64,000 bases of DNA from Bugula neritina. Lineage: Eukaryota; Animalia; Bryozoa. Positions 28,101-39,758 of this stretch are shown here, piece by piece. Both the position numbers and the translations under genes were made by a program. The stretch spans positions 31,929,504-31,993,503 of the forward strand of contig OZ037765.1 of NCBI GenBank assembly GCA_964035545.1, read 5' to 3'. Position 1 is the first letter of the stretch; each line of letters opens with the position of its first letter. Under the pieces are notes generated by a model. It had not been told where the DNA came from. It made no database searches and was given only the letters and a program-made list of their open reading frames with translations.

Positions 28101-31100
28101 CATTATAAATCAATTTAATTTCTTCCACTGAAGAGGAATAGCTGTGGGCCAACTGCCTTGGAACAGTAGACCTGTACTATAACTAGTTAGCTTATATCTT
28201 ATACCACAGTGCAGTTGGTTGTTCATCACTGAGAGCTAAACGTATAGCAGGAATTGCATATTTATATCAAAAACATCCCCTCACTATACAGTCTTTCAAG
28301 TAGAAAACATAACTTTTCAATGAGGAGCAATACACTCATCACATCAAGTGTAACCTTTCCAATCTGTGGACCATAAACAGAGCAGAGATGAGTGTCAAAC
28401 AAAAAGTACCACTTATACATTTGGCAATATCCTTAGATTAGGGATCAGCTGCGGTCTAGAGGTAAGAGTGTTGGCTTGGTAAACATGAGGTCATGGGTTC
28501 CGTCCCAGTAAAGGTCATTAGTGATGCTAGGAAGAGCATTCGGGCATAATTGCGTCTTTGCCACAATAGAAAACAAGTCCTTAGCTTGTTTAAAAAACTT
28601 TCATGAGAGATTCTCACAGAGATAGTAACTATAAAACAGTGGCAGTCTTTTAGATTATCTAATTTAAGAGAAACAGTATATAATCGATTGCATGACTAGG
28701 TAAAGCAAAGAACATGAAGCTTACGTAATAGACTAGTTTGAGTTGGCATTTGTGAGTTAACAGTGTGATGGGTATCCGGATGGGCGGAGTTTGCAGGGTG
28801 GGCGGAGTCGGCAAGGTGGGCGGAGTCAGCAGGGTGGGCGGAGTCAGCAGAACAATTAGAATTCGTGGGTTGTAGAGATCTCCTAAGGGGAGGTAAACTG
28901 GACATCAGCTTCGAATGGATCACAGGTGTGCTTTTCCTCACAGTAGCCGACAAATCAGCTTCCCGTCTAAAGTCAGAGAAAACTTAGTGTTGACCTAAAG
29001 AGAACTTTTTCGTCACTAGAAAATTGATTTAGAAGTCTTGTGCATTTGGCTGTAGCTACAGTTTAAACAGTTGGTTTTGTTTCATTTAAAGAAACTCTAG
29101 CCTAGCCTGTTTGACCAAAACTGAAACTGGTTTTACAAATTAGAAGACTTTATTTAAAGCACTACTGTTGCAGGGCTTTTGGTCAGAAAAAGAAGAAATG
29201 CTATTTACTTTTGGATTATTCATTATATACTATCTATATCAAAATGCCCATACAATATAGAGTATACTACAACTACTGTAATACTTTGAACTAGAGAGCC
29301 TAGCTATTCACATTTCTAAGAATGTTAAAGATGGCTATATGTCTATATAACTGTTTGTATAACAAGGGTGTGAATAATGAAGTCACATATTAAATAAGGA
29401 TGTGGCCTAGGAAATAAGATGGTGGCTGAGTAAGTGCAAGCATGTCATGATCCACCAAGCCAGTCAACCTAATCTAGAAGTGCTGCCAGAGAGGTAGCCT
29501 ACCAAAACTGCTGCCGCAACTACTTATAACTCCCTAGTTTATCTTGGCAGCATGCTGTAAGGCTACTGATCCATGCATTCACAAAATAAGAACTATCTAT
29601 AATTCTATGCAGTAACAATAAGTAAGATATTCACTGAAATATTATATAGAATAGCTCACTAAATATGAACGAACACAAGAATTCAAATGGTAACTTTTCG
29701 AAATAGTTTACAGATTGCATCAGCATGCACCCACACAACACCTACACCTTGTGTCATGTACATGATGTAGATCGCGTATAGGTTAGCTAGGGTATGCATG
29801 TATATGAAACATGTACGAAGTTTGACCCAAAAGCTTTATTTTGCACTTTTTAAAGTGAAAAAAATTCACGGGAAATTTTTTTTACCCCTTCTTTAAGTCT
29901 ATAGCATCCTAATATGATTAATGAGGTGAATATTTATGGGGTTGCTAGAGGGTGAGCTATGCCATCCAAACTGAATAAATCAATCCTACTTGTAGATTTT
30001 GGACAGATAACGCCAGGTGCCTGGCAATAAACTCAATTAATGCAGCAAAGCGTATTCATAAAATCCAGGTAGGAGCAAAAAACTATTTTTTGGCAAAGTT
30101 TTACGTTGTTAAGGAGGTTGTCTGCTTATTTATTTTGCAGTTCTGTCTTTTGCGAAACTATCAACAATTAAAAAACAAATTGTTTTATAAGCAGCTTGGA
30201 GTTTGGGGTGACTGAGTGCAGTAGTTTGGGGTTTGGAGTTGGGGGCTCAACATTCCAGCCTAAACCCATAGCTTTAAACTCGAGAACCCCAAACTACGGT
30301 ACTCAGTCACCCCTAACTTGGAGCTGCTGATAGAAAAACCGAGTTTATTAATACGTGAAAGTATCTAAACACGAGACTTGGTATCTACCTTGACTTGGTA
30401 CTTTTATTAAAAGTAGGAGAGTTATGTCCACTTGACACGCCGGTCTTGGCTTTGAGAGTTATGATCTTTTGTTTCAGGAGGTATTCCCGGTCTTGTATAA
30501 AAGTTTCTAAGTAGTTTCTGACTGAAGTCATGTTGAGTATTGCACTGGCACTGCAACAGTTCATTTTATATTAAACAATATTTTAACAAATCCCAAATCC
30601 AGTAACTGTGAGATAAAAAAAACTATCGACTCATAAAGGTGGGACTACTCCAAAGTCAAGACTAACCAAGTTTTTCTTTATGGAACTCTATTTTGAACTC
30701 TAGATATCTAAACTTGTTATACTATAAGTAACAAGTAAAACATAGTTGGTACCAGGAGAGTATACTAAAATAGCTGAGTGATTCACTGACATCCAGGTTT
30801 CCACATCTAAACTAACAAAATAATGGAGGTAGGTGCTGGTAATGGAAAAAGTCTCTGTTTTAGTTGACCAGAAGAACATATATTTTTCGAAAGGCTCAAC
30901 ACTTCTCCTAAGCAAAAATTTATAAGAGCAATTGAAGAACTTGGGCTATAAAAACCTTCCTATTAATGCACTGAACTGACACGTGAGAAGTCTGTTTAAT
31001 AAAAGAGAGCAAAGCAGAGTACAATTACATAGGGCCACATATCAACCCCAACATGGCAGACCTTTGCAAAACCACAGGCACATTCCGGCAAATGGGAGTT

Positions 31101-34100
31101 ATACATTTACTGCATAAACAAAAGGCCATCAGCATGCTATCCTGAAGGTTTTAATTAATGTGATAATAAATATTGGTTGCAGTGAATTCATTTTCATTCT
31201 ATAAATTTGCTCAAAAATATCAAGTAATATGCATAATAGTCTAGCAAAATGAGCCAAAAAATAACAATTTGTATTATATTGCCTTCACATCTCATTTAAT
31301 TTATACAAAGGGCCATTTATCTTTCTGCACCATACTGTAGCTTAGGATGCCCACAAGGGATATATAAAACTAACTACAAACTAAGTTGTGATGATAATAT
31401 AATACAAGTATACGCCATGTGCATTCCAATAAATCATATTTATGGGATTCCACCTACGCATACTACTGAACTGTTGATCCCACACAGAGGGAATTAGCTG
31501 AATTAATGGCAGGATGAACAGATGAAGTAGGAAAAAATTGTTCAAGTTCAATAATGCTGGCAAAATGAATAGTTATTTATAAGTTATTTACTCTGTGGGG
31601 GCCGTCATGGATAGGCACCATGCCAGGGCAGATGGGATTTTAATTCAAGTCAACAAATTGTATAGTTTAATACACTGCTGAACTAAATAATGTTGGCCAA
31701 CATAATGATGTATGCAAAGTACAATTTAAGTCAGTCGTAAAACATATTTTACCATTCAACTGCGCAATAATTCTGACAGATTATGAAACATCTTTAAACT
31801 TTCGGCCTATCAACTTGAAAAACACCAACCTGGGTCTTGCATCAGGTTCCTTTACCAAGATGGCTGCTATAAGACGTTTAATTTCCCCCGAGAAGTGATC
31901 GGGTAGAGAGGCGTACTCGGCCTTAGTAATTTTGTAGAAGAGACTGATAAGGTTGTTGCCATCAAAGGCAGGTTTAAGGGCACACAACTCAAAGAGAAGA
32001 CAACCCAGTGCCTAAAAAAGATTTTCACAGACTGATGAGGGTTTAAATGAGAAAGTGATTTCACTTAATAACAAAGCTGCTTAATAAATCTTTGTTTCAC
32101 AGCTGAAAAATAAAATTATTTCATACATTATTTTTGCCAAAATATTAACAATGTTATATGACTCATAATAGCACTGGCACACCATTATGAGCAGTAAATT
32201 TCAACTATACAACAAGTTTTGCCCATTAGGATTACACTTCTGAAAAACAATGTTTTAAAATCATATAAACTACGAAATTACAATATTAAACATAATTACG
32301 AATAATAATTACCCGTAATTATGTTTTAAACAGAAAACACCATTCAATGTCTCCCATGCATGTAGCGAAATGTCATTAAACTTAAAACAATTCTTAAACT
32401 TTCAGTTTTAAAAGATGCCAGTTTTTTAAACCGTAACACATGCAATAAAATTATTTCAATAACAAAGTACGATAATTAAAACATCCCCAAAATAAGTGTA
32501 CCCAGATATCGGACTTGGAGCTGTACGGAATATCCTGGCAGAGTTCAGGACTCAGGTAGCAGGGGGTTCCTACACACGTCACCGCAGCATCCAGAGTGTT
32601 ATCCAGAACTTTGGCAATACCAAAATCACCTGAAAGATAACATACATCTAAATCCTTACAAAAGGTAAATGACTATATTAGTCGTAGCCACAAGGTAAAT
32701 CGTGGCTACGACTAATATATTCCATCATACTGCTAATTTACTCAATTGCAAATTTATTAGTTTATCGATTGATTATGCAAATTACCTAACTCCATCATAC
32801 ACCCACGGATGATGCTACATTTTATTCAAATAACACAAAATATCAATTATTATTTAGCTCTGAAATAAAAAATTACATTCACATTTTTAAACATAAATCA
32901 CATAAATGAAATTATGAAACTCAGTTTATTAAAAAAATGTTTTCTTAAACAAAAATAAAATCCTATGAGCTAATATGAAAGTAAACAATTCCACAACTTA
33001 GGTGAAGTCATATAAGTCAAAAAGCCTACATAGAGTGTTTTTGTTACAGGCATAGTCAAAGTGATGGCGGGTTACATCACTATGGCAGGTAGATGGCTTT
33101 ATGTAAACCTCAATTAATTCCAACACTCAGAACGAATATCATGACACTTGGTGTATTGTGGAAGTCATCAAAATTGCGCATAATAGCAGGCAGACTATAG
33201 CCAGTTCATCAAACATACACAGAGTGTAAATGCATATGGACAAAGAAGCTAACTTTTAGTAGATGGTTGCTAAGGAAAGATTGCACCGCCCTTGCTTTAT
33301 GGACTTTAAACTAAACTAAGCGAGTGGGTTGCGGTCACGGAACCTAACTTTAACGATTCTCCATTGTGATAAACAAAGTGCTTGGCTCTCAGCTTTATAA
33401 TAGAAAAGCTTTGATATACCATGTGGGTTCCCTCATATAAAACACAAAAATTCTCTTATAGGAAAAAATGTACATATCTTTTGAGCTCGAGCTTCTAACT
33501 TTGGGTTTTGCATCTTGGTTTGGAGCTCGATTGCTCATTTCACAAACAGATAATTTGTCATGCTACTAAATCACACTTTGACTTTACTCATGTTAACTGT
33601 TGTAGACTGAGTAACTAGTCTTCTGAGTGGGGCACATTAAAGCCAAACTCACTCACTCGGACTCACAGTCAAAAGTCCCATTACTACTGACCTAGTTTGA
33701 CTCCGTCTGACTTTGTCATGAACACATTTTGTGCCTTTAAGTCTCGGTGAAGTATCTTGTGAGAGTGTATGTATTGCACGGCCATTGCTATTTGAATAAA
33801 CCACTACAACCATAACAGCAGAAATAAATTTCAGCTGCCATATGCCGTACATAGTTTAAGAGTGACAAGCTTAGAAAGTGAATATACATCGTGGGTTGTT
33901 ACATACCTCCATAATGGTGTGCTCTTTGAAGTAGTTCTGAGTCTAAAGAAAGACAACACTGGGATTTAGTAATGGTGAACATTCAATTTGTTAAAAAACA
34001 GTCATAATTAAAATAAACACAACATGGCTGATTTTTGACCGACTGATGACCTTTTAACAGAACGGAATCAACACCAATACTTGCTAAAGATATATATTTA

Positions 34101-35605
34101 ATTTTGGATGATGACATCAGATTGTGTGCCAATACAATTTTAGACCTGCCAGAAATGGTAAATATGCAGCAGTATAGTCAACATCATAGCATTGATGGTA
34201 TTTATAACACTATAACACTATAACACTATAAGCATAACAATAACCAGTTTTAAAGCTTTTAAAATGGGAAATTAATTTTTCAAACCAACACCGACAATGA
34301 CTGGCTAGCAGATATGCATCTTGTAATTTATGACATTGAAAACCTGGATAAAGCACTGGGGTGTTTGCGGATGTGAAGTTGACAGGGGTGGAATTTATTG
34401 ACAGACCTAGCTTCACATATCACACCACCATGCATAACGGTCACAGCTTGCTTCCATTCTAAACAGACACATTAAACAGTCGTCAAGAGATCTCAACACT
34501 GCTACAGAAAGGGCCAGAAGTTTAGAGTGAGTCAAATCCATGAATACGAATGTTTTGTGTCAACTACAGAAATGTATGTGCTGAGCATGTTCAAGGTCAA
34601 AGGTCAAGGTCAAAACCCTATATTACAGGTCAAGGACTGGCTGTAGCCTGAAAACATAATGCAGACGTCTACAAACCTTTTTCATGCTAATAATTTTATC
34701 ATCTAAAGTTCCTCCATCGCAGTAATCCTGGACGATATGCATGAAACTTAGGTCATCAGCGTCAGCAAAAAAAGAGTCGTGGTATGCAACTATATGTGGA
34801 TGTTTGAGCTGAGCTAATATCCTGTAAATATACATACAGGGCTTAAGATTATAAGAGATTATGTGAGATTATTTCTATTAATCAATCAGAGAAGATGACA
34901 TGTATTACTTGTGTTGACTTTAAGGTGAAAGATGACCACTGTTAAAACTTTCTGAAGTCCGCTCAGCTTATTTTATAAATGATTCTCCTAATCTCCCTGA
35001 AAAGCCTCTTTGGTAACTTACCGAGCCTCCCTCAAAAGGGCCTCTCTTGTCCTAGTGCGTTTCTGAGCATCAAGCTGCACTTTCTTCAAAGCATAATGTC
35101 TACAAACACAGCGTATTGCTATTTGTGTTATTTAAAATAACTATTATATCAATAGACATATATCATACGCAAAAGGTCGCGCGCTTTAAATGATAAAACA
35201 CAACAGGATACTAGCTTCTGATGTGACTTTTAGTCTGTCATTTGCTCTAGAAAATATTTCCTAAAGTGAGAATTTGCCTACTTGCTCATTAAAATTCCAC
35301 GTTAGAAAATTCAGTGAAACAAACACGTTTCGCTCTCTATGACAATAAATATAAGAAACCAAGTTTTGCCAACCAATGTACTTGGCTAAAAAATATCAAT
35401 CATTTTGATCATCATAACAAGAGTCACAGCTTCCACATCCAAGTGCATTCAAAAATTTTATGTAAGTTCTGTTCCAGAGAGCCGTAAACCAGTTACCAAG
35501 CTATGAGCTCTTGCAGTTTTACCTCGAGTTTTTGATATCTCGGACTAGATACACTGCCCCACAAGCTCCCGATCCAACTTTTGTTATAACTTCATAATTA
35601 TCCAT
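25123..35605 (-). CDS. NIMA-related (NEK family) serine/threonine kinase, multi-exon
   Basis: Exons: 35523-35605 (MDNYEVITKVGSGACGAVYLV), ~35022-35099 (YALKKV..LREAR), ~34677-34821 (LKHPHIV..QDYCDGGTL), 33907-33942, 33692-33803 (WFIQIAMAVQYIHSHKILHRDLKAQNVFM..VKLG), ~32502-32629 (DFGIAK..GTPCYLSPELCQDIPYSSKSDIW), ~31830-32011 (ALGCLLFELC..RP), ~30389-30551, then acidic/Ser-rich tail exons (~28724-28967, ~27079-27188, ~26649-26888, ~26096-26208) and a probable last exon ending at 25123. Tail exons are less certain. Confidence 0.93.
28441..28635 (+). mobile_element. tRNA-derived SINE
   Basis: A-box-like ggtctagaggt and B-box-like ggttccgtccc, then gtgatgctaggaagagcattc..aagtccttagc..ttctcacagagatagtaactataaa. 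A homologous copy lies inverted at 59202-59396. Confidence 0.75.
28775..28850. repeat. 18-bp coding tandem repeat (ADSAHP-like x4) in the NEK tail exon
   Basis: gggtgggcggagtc units; translation ADSAHPADSAHLADSAHPANSAHP. Confidence 0.8.
30183..30338. mobile_element. Palindromic MITE in a NEK intron
   Basis: Left arm gcagcttggagtttggggtgactgagtgcagtagtttgggg; the right arm reverse-complements to gcagctccaagttaggggtgactgagtaccgtagtttgggg. Confidence 0.7.
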
Positions 35606-37147
35606 AGTCAATTGTCATCAACTTTTGTATTTCATGATTTCTAAAATAAAATGCAGAAAAATGAACATTTTAAACAAGGGAAATATATCAATATTTCAAC
35701 TATATATAATATTTATAACCCACTTTTACAACTTAATCTTTTTTAAAATTGAAAAATTGGCATCTTTATCCTATACCTCCAAAACACTTGAAAATAAAAA
35801 ATTCGGCCAATGGCTATGATAACACTCTAAGCCATAAGATCTTAGGCTATCTTAGACTATCATGGACTATAATAATTTCATAATAGATACCCTGGAAATA
35901 TTCACCATTACTAAAAATAAATTGCATTATTTAGTGAAAATGAAGCACTCCATGTAAGAGCTATTAATTATTCTCCACCAAGTTTTAAAAATTGCATTAC
36001 CATATATCTTCCTCTATTTGCATATGAAAATTGATTAGAATATTTGCTACTCATTCCTTTGCTATTTGTCTGATCAGTTAAACACTATTATAACCATGCG
36101 GGCCATTTTATCCTACAGTTACAGTAATACAAAACTGTAACATTTTTCTTTACTACACAGAAAACTGTAAATAGTGTTTTAGAATGACAACACACTTTCA
36201 CACTGTTTCTAAAATATAGTATATTTGAGTTAACCTATAACTGCTGTAGCATTATTTAGTTGGATTTGGATTGAAACACCTTGGAGTTTCCCATTTTCAC
36301 ACAGAGTGGTCAGAAACCACAGTCAACACATATGCAGGTACCATTCCTTTGTGCACTCAAGCGATATCGCAAAACTCGCCAATATAAACTAGTGGCATTT
36401 CAATGCATTTGACTAATAATCTGCATGAATTAAAAATTCCATGGTTGCAAATAGGTTACGCCTGAAGTAACTTAATATGACCATGTCTAGAATAACTTGG
36501 GAGAAAAACTTTCCTAAAATATAAACTGATTAAACTAAAAATATGTTTGAACAAATGAATATTTTGAGTCATGAAAAGTTAAATTATAAAATCATATTGC
36601 GTAAAAAAGTGTTAGTATTATCAACAAAATTCTTAAATCAGACAAGAGCTAACCTAAAAACTAATTAATCAGTGAAAAGTTCCAGAAAGTCACAGACTGA
36701 TTTATGACATGCATGAAACCTGCACCTGGCAGGGATAACTGTCTGATGCAACGCTTTATGAGTTTTAGTAATTGTTAGCTACTAGTAAAATGAGATAAGA
36801 GTCTTAATTATCATCCTACCCAACATGTAGTTGAATCTTAATTTTATATATTTGATATTATTTTTATGTGATTGTACCTTTATAGTCTACTCTCTTTTAA
36901 ATTACACAAATTATTTTAATAGCTAGAAATGCAGGAGTAAATAATTTTAGCCAATTGTGAAACAACCCTGTAAGTTATCAGTATAAATTATTAGTTATTT
37001 GAAGCAAATCTGTCTAATGTGTCAAGAATAATTGCCTCATAAAAAACACAAGCCAATGAATATAGTCTATGCAAAACGAGGAAGAGCTATATCCGAAATA
37101 TAAGTGCATAAGACTTCCCGGATAAGCAGAAAGTCGGTCAAACATGA

Positions 37148-37226
37148 ATGATGTCATTGAGTACGCGCTATATCAGTGATGTCACCGAGAACGCGCTTTA
37201 TTAGTGATGTCACTCAATACGCGCTA
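37148..37226. repeat. 28-bp tandem repeat x3
   Basis: tgatgtca..g/a..acgcgct..at.ag repeated three times with no unique spacers. Confidence 0.7.
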
Positions 37227-38423
37227 CACCCTATATAATATGTGATAAATCAGTATGTAATTGAAAAGACACATTCTTGCAAAAAAAACTAACAATGAAT
37301 TACCTCAAATACTTTATGTTCTTCTAAATGATTGACATCTACTCTCAGCACACATTACTTACACCTATGCATAGGGTATCAAGCTTTGACGCAAAATGAG
37401 ATAGATTTTTCACCCCACCCTTTTTAGGGTCACCTTTTGGAATAGGAACACAAGACCGTACATAAAAAAGTAAATTATTCTATTGTAACAAACATAATAT
37501 TTCATCAAATTATATTTTGACCAAACATCTTTCATGAAAAACATCAAATCGATTTGGTATAACATTTTTGATCAGCAAAATGATCGGCCTTTTTTCGTAT
37601 TTTCTTTTTCAGTAAGCTCAAGGTTTACAAATGCATTGCGCAGTTATTGAAATTTTTTCCGAAAGTTTTGTTTGCTGTTTCAGTTTTTGAATATTTTATA
37701 ATAAGTATATATTCACAACGTGCAAATCCATAAGTAAGTTAGAATAGTGATAAAGTTTGAAAGTTTGAAAGTGATAAAAAAAATTATTAAGGAAATAGCA
37801 AATTTTTAGCAGACTAGGATTAACTGAGTAACAAGGAACTTGGTGCATAATTTTTCTTTTCCATCCAAATACCTCAAATCTCAATGAACATAGTAGTGAC
37901 TAAAAGTTTTTTTATATGAACAAGGATTTTTCTCAAAATTGTGTTCTATTATTGCTATGAATATGATTACCTTAGTATGACACAACTTTAACTACACAAA
38001 TTGTGATTATTTGGCTGCGCTTTATCACAAATAAAATAATCCAAGTCAATAACAATGTTAGCCATTTTAATGTTCATACTTGCATATCAATAACGACACA
38101 AGTTTAAAAATGAAGTTAAATATTACAAGTAATAAATTTAAAAATAAGTAAATTAGTAATGTAAATAGTAATATTCTAAGACTAACTAAAATCAAATTCA
38201 AATAGTTCATTTTGCTTTTTATTGATTGCCGATCAGTAAATATGAATATCAACATAAACATTTTGATTACAAACTGTATTGATAATATTAATAGTAATGA
38301 AATTTTTTTTAAAAGGAGAAAATTTAAAATGACTATAACTATAGGGTAAAGTTGAAATTTCAAAAAGCAATTTTGTCTTATTGAATTTAAATTAAATTTA
38401 ATACCTAATACTAATAGTAATGG

Positions 38424-38776
38424 TGTAGTGAGTCATGCAAAGTACAAATACGGGAATCGCCCTCTTTCCGTGCTGGGAATACTAAGACCCTTATGTAGCA
38501 ACCAATTAGCAGCACCGGAAGATATGCTTCCGACTCACGTGACACTTCCCGGGCTATTGACAATTGATCACGTTGTTGTAAGCGGAGGCTTGAAGTAGAA
38601 GCATGTGTTAGTAGTTGACTGATGTATAGGATAATTTGATGTGATGTTTACTTTATGTTTTATTGTGGATAATAAATATAATTACTCGACAGCTACTCTA
38701 GTAATTGCTAGTAGAATAGCCAACTAAGTATACGCAAGTAGATAACTCACGCACAGTAATTGCACGAATTACTACA
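38424..38776 (+). repeat. 5' LTR
   Basis: TGTAGT...ACTACA termini; contains AATAAA; direct repeat of 43430-43782 with about 3 substitutions seen by eye. Confidence 0.95.
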
Positions 38777-38777
38777 G

Positions 38778-38795
38778 TGGTGGCAGCGGTGGGAT
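38778..38795 (+). promoter_or_regulatory. Primer binding site (tRNA-Leu)
   Basis: TGGTGGCAGCGGTGGGAT, 1 nt after the 5' LTR, complementary to the ..ATCCCACCGCTGCCACCA 3' end of metazoan tRNA-Leu (AAG/TAG types). Confidence 0.85.
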
Positions 38796-38811
38796 CTTGC
38801 GTATAGCAGTC

Positions 38812-39758
38812 ATGGCAGAAGACGGCACGGAGCTACCCATTCCACTGAACGAAGGTGAGAGAGATAATGTTAATATACCCGTGGAACCAGTAGTGTTAGA
38901 GGAAGTGAGAATTCCTAGAGAGCATGGTGAAGACAGATACCGGCTGAAGGCGCCCACCTTCACAGGCGAAGAAGCAGTGGAGCAGTTTATCCAAGAATTC
39001 CAAGATGTGATGGAAGTTGCACAGTGGCCACCAAGGGTGGCGTTGCTCAAGCTCAGGATGGCGCTGACGGACAAGGCTAAGCCGTACGGAGCGGGACCTG
39101 ACATAGACGGAATCTTTGCTTCTCTGCGGGCCCGCTTTGGCATCTCCCCATAGATGCGCGGGCCCGTCTACAAAGGCTGCGGCGTGATCCTCACACGTCG
39201 CTACAGGAGCACGCTGCCACGGTGTACCCACTAGCGCAGATCGCGTTCCGCGATCTGCCTCCAGTACACCGTGAGAGGTATACTTATGATGCCTTCGTGC
39301 AGTCCATCAACGACTTAGGGCTCCACCATCAATTCCAAGCGAGGGGAGTCACCACGGTCGAAGATGCACTTGCGGTGGGAGAAGCCTACCTCATGGCGAC
39401 TCATATGCACCGCAACCGCGTGGCCTCCCGCCAGGTGGCAACGGAGCACACTACTGCTCATACAGAACCAAACGCGGAACCCTCCGCGGTGGTTAATGTG
39501 AACCAGATGTCACTAGCATCAAAAGTCGCGCAGATGACTGACATGCTAGATAAACTGGTCGCCGCATTAGCTCCCCCAAGCCAGGTAGATGCCGCCCGTG
39601 AGCCTTGCGGGCCGCAGGTACAATCACCAGGCATGGGGCATAACTTCTGCTGGGGATGCGGAAGGCCAGGACATTTCCAGAGGAACTGCCCTCAACTCCA
39701 ACAAGGGTTAAACTACCACGGCCCGCAGATGTTCCCACCTCCTGCGGGCCGTCTGTAA
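38812..39758 (+). pseudogene. gag: gag with a single-base frameshift near 39148
   Basis: LKAPTFTGEEAVEQFIQEF..W..L..AL capsid-like motif. The frame stops at 39153 but continues in the -1 frame (IDARARLQRLRRDP..SLQEHA..). Zinc knuckle CWGCGRPGHFQRNC. Confidence 0.85.
39707..39752 (+). promoter_or_regulatory. Candidate gag-pol -1 ribosomal frameshift signal
   Basis: G_TTA_AAC in the gag frame followed by an 11-bp stem (acggcccgcag / ctgcgggccgt). pol is in the -1 frame. Confidence 0.7.

Noticed and set aside
28441-28510. tRNA gene
   Set aside because: Degenerate cloverleaf continuing into a conserved non-tRNA body shared with 59202-59396, so it is a SINE.
33343-33395. Minus-strand stretch reading ..HNGESLKLG, like an alternative kinase exon
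   Set aside because: Weak donor and no HRD motif; the genuine exon is 33692-33803.
37148-37226. 28-bp repeats as a CRISPR-like array
   Set aside because: Head-to-tail tandem units without spacers, in a eukaryotic context.
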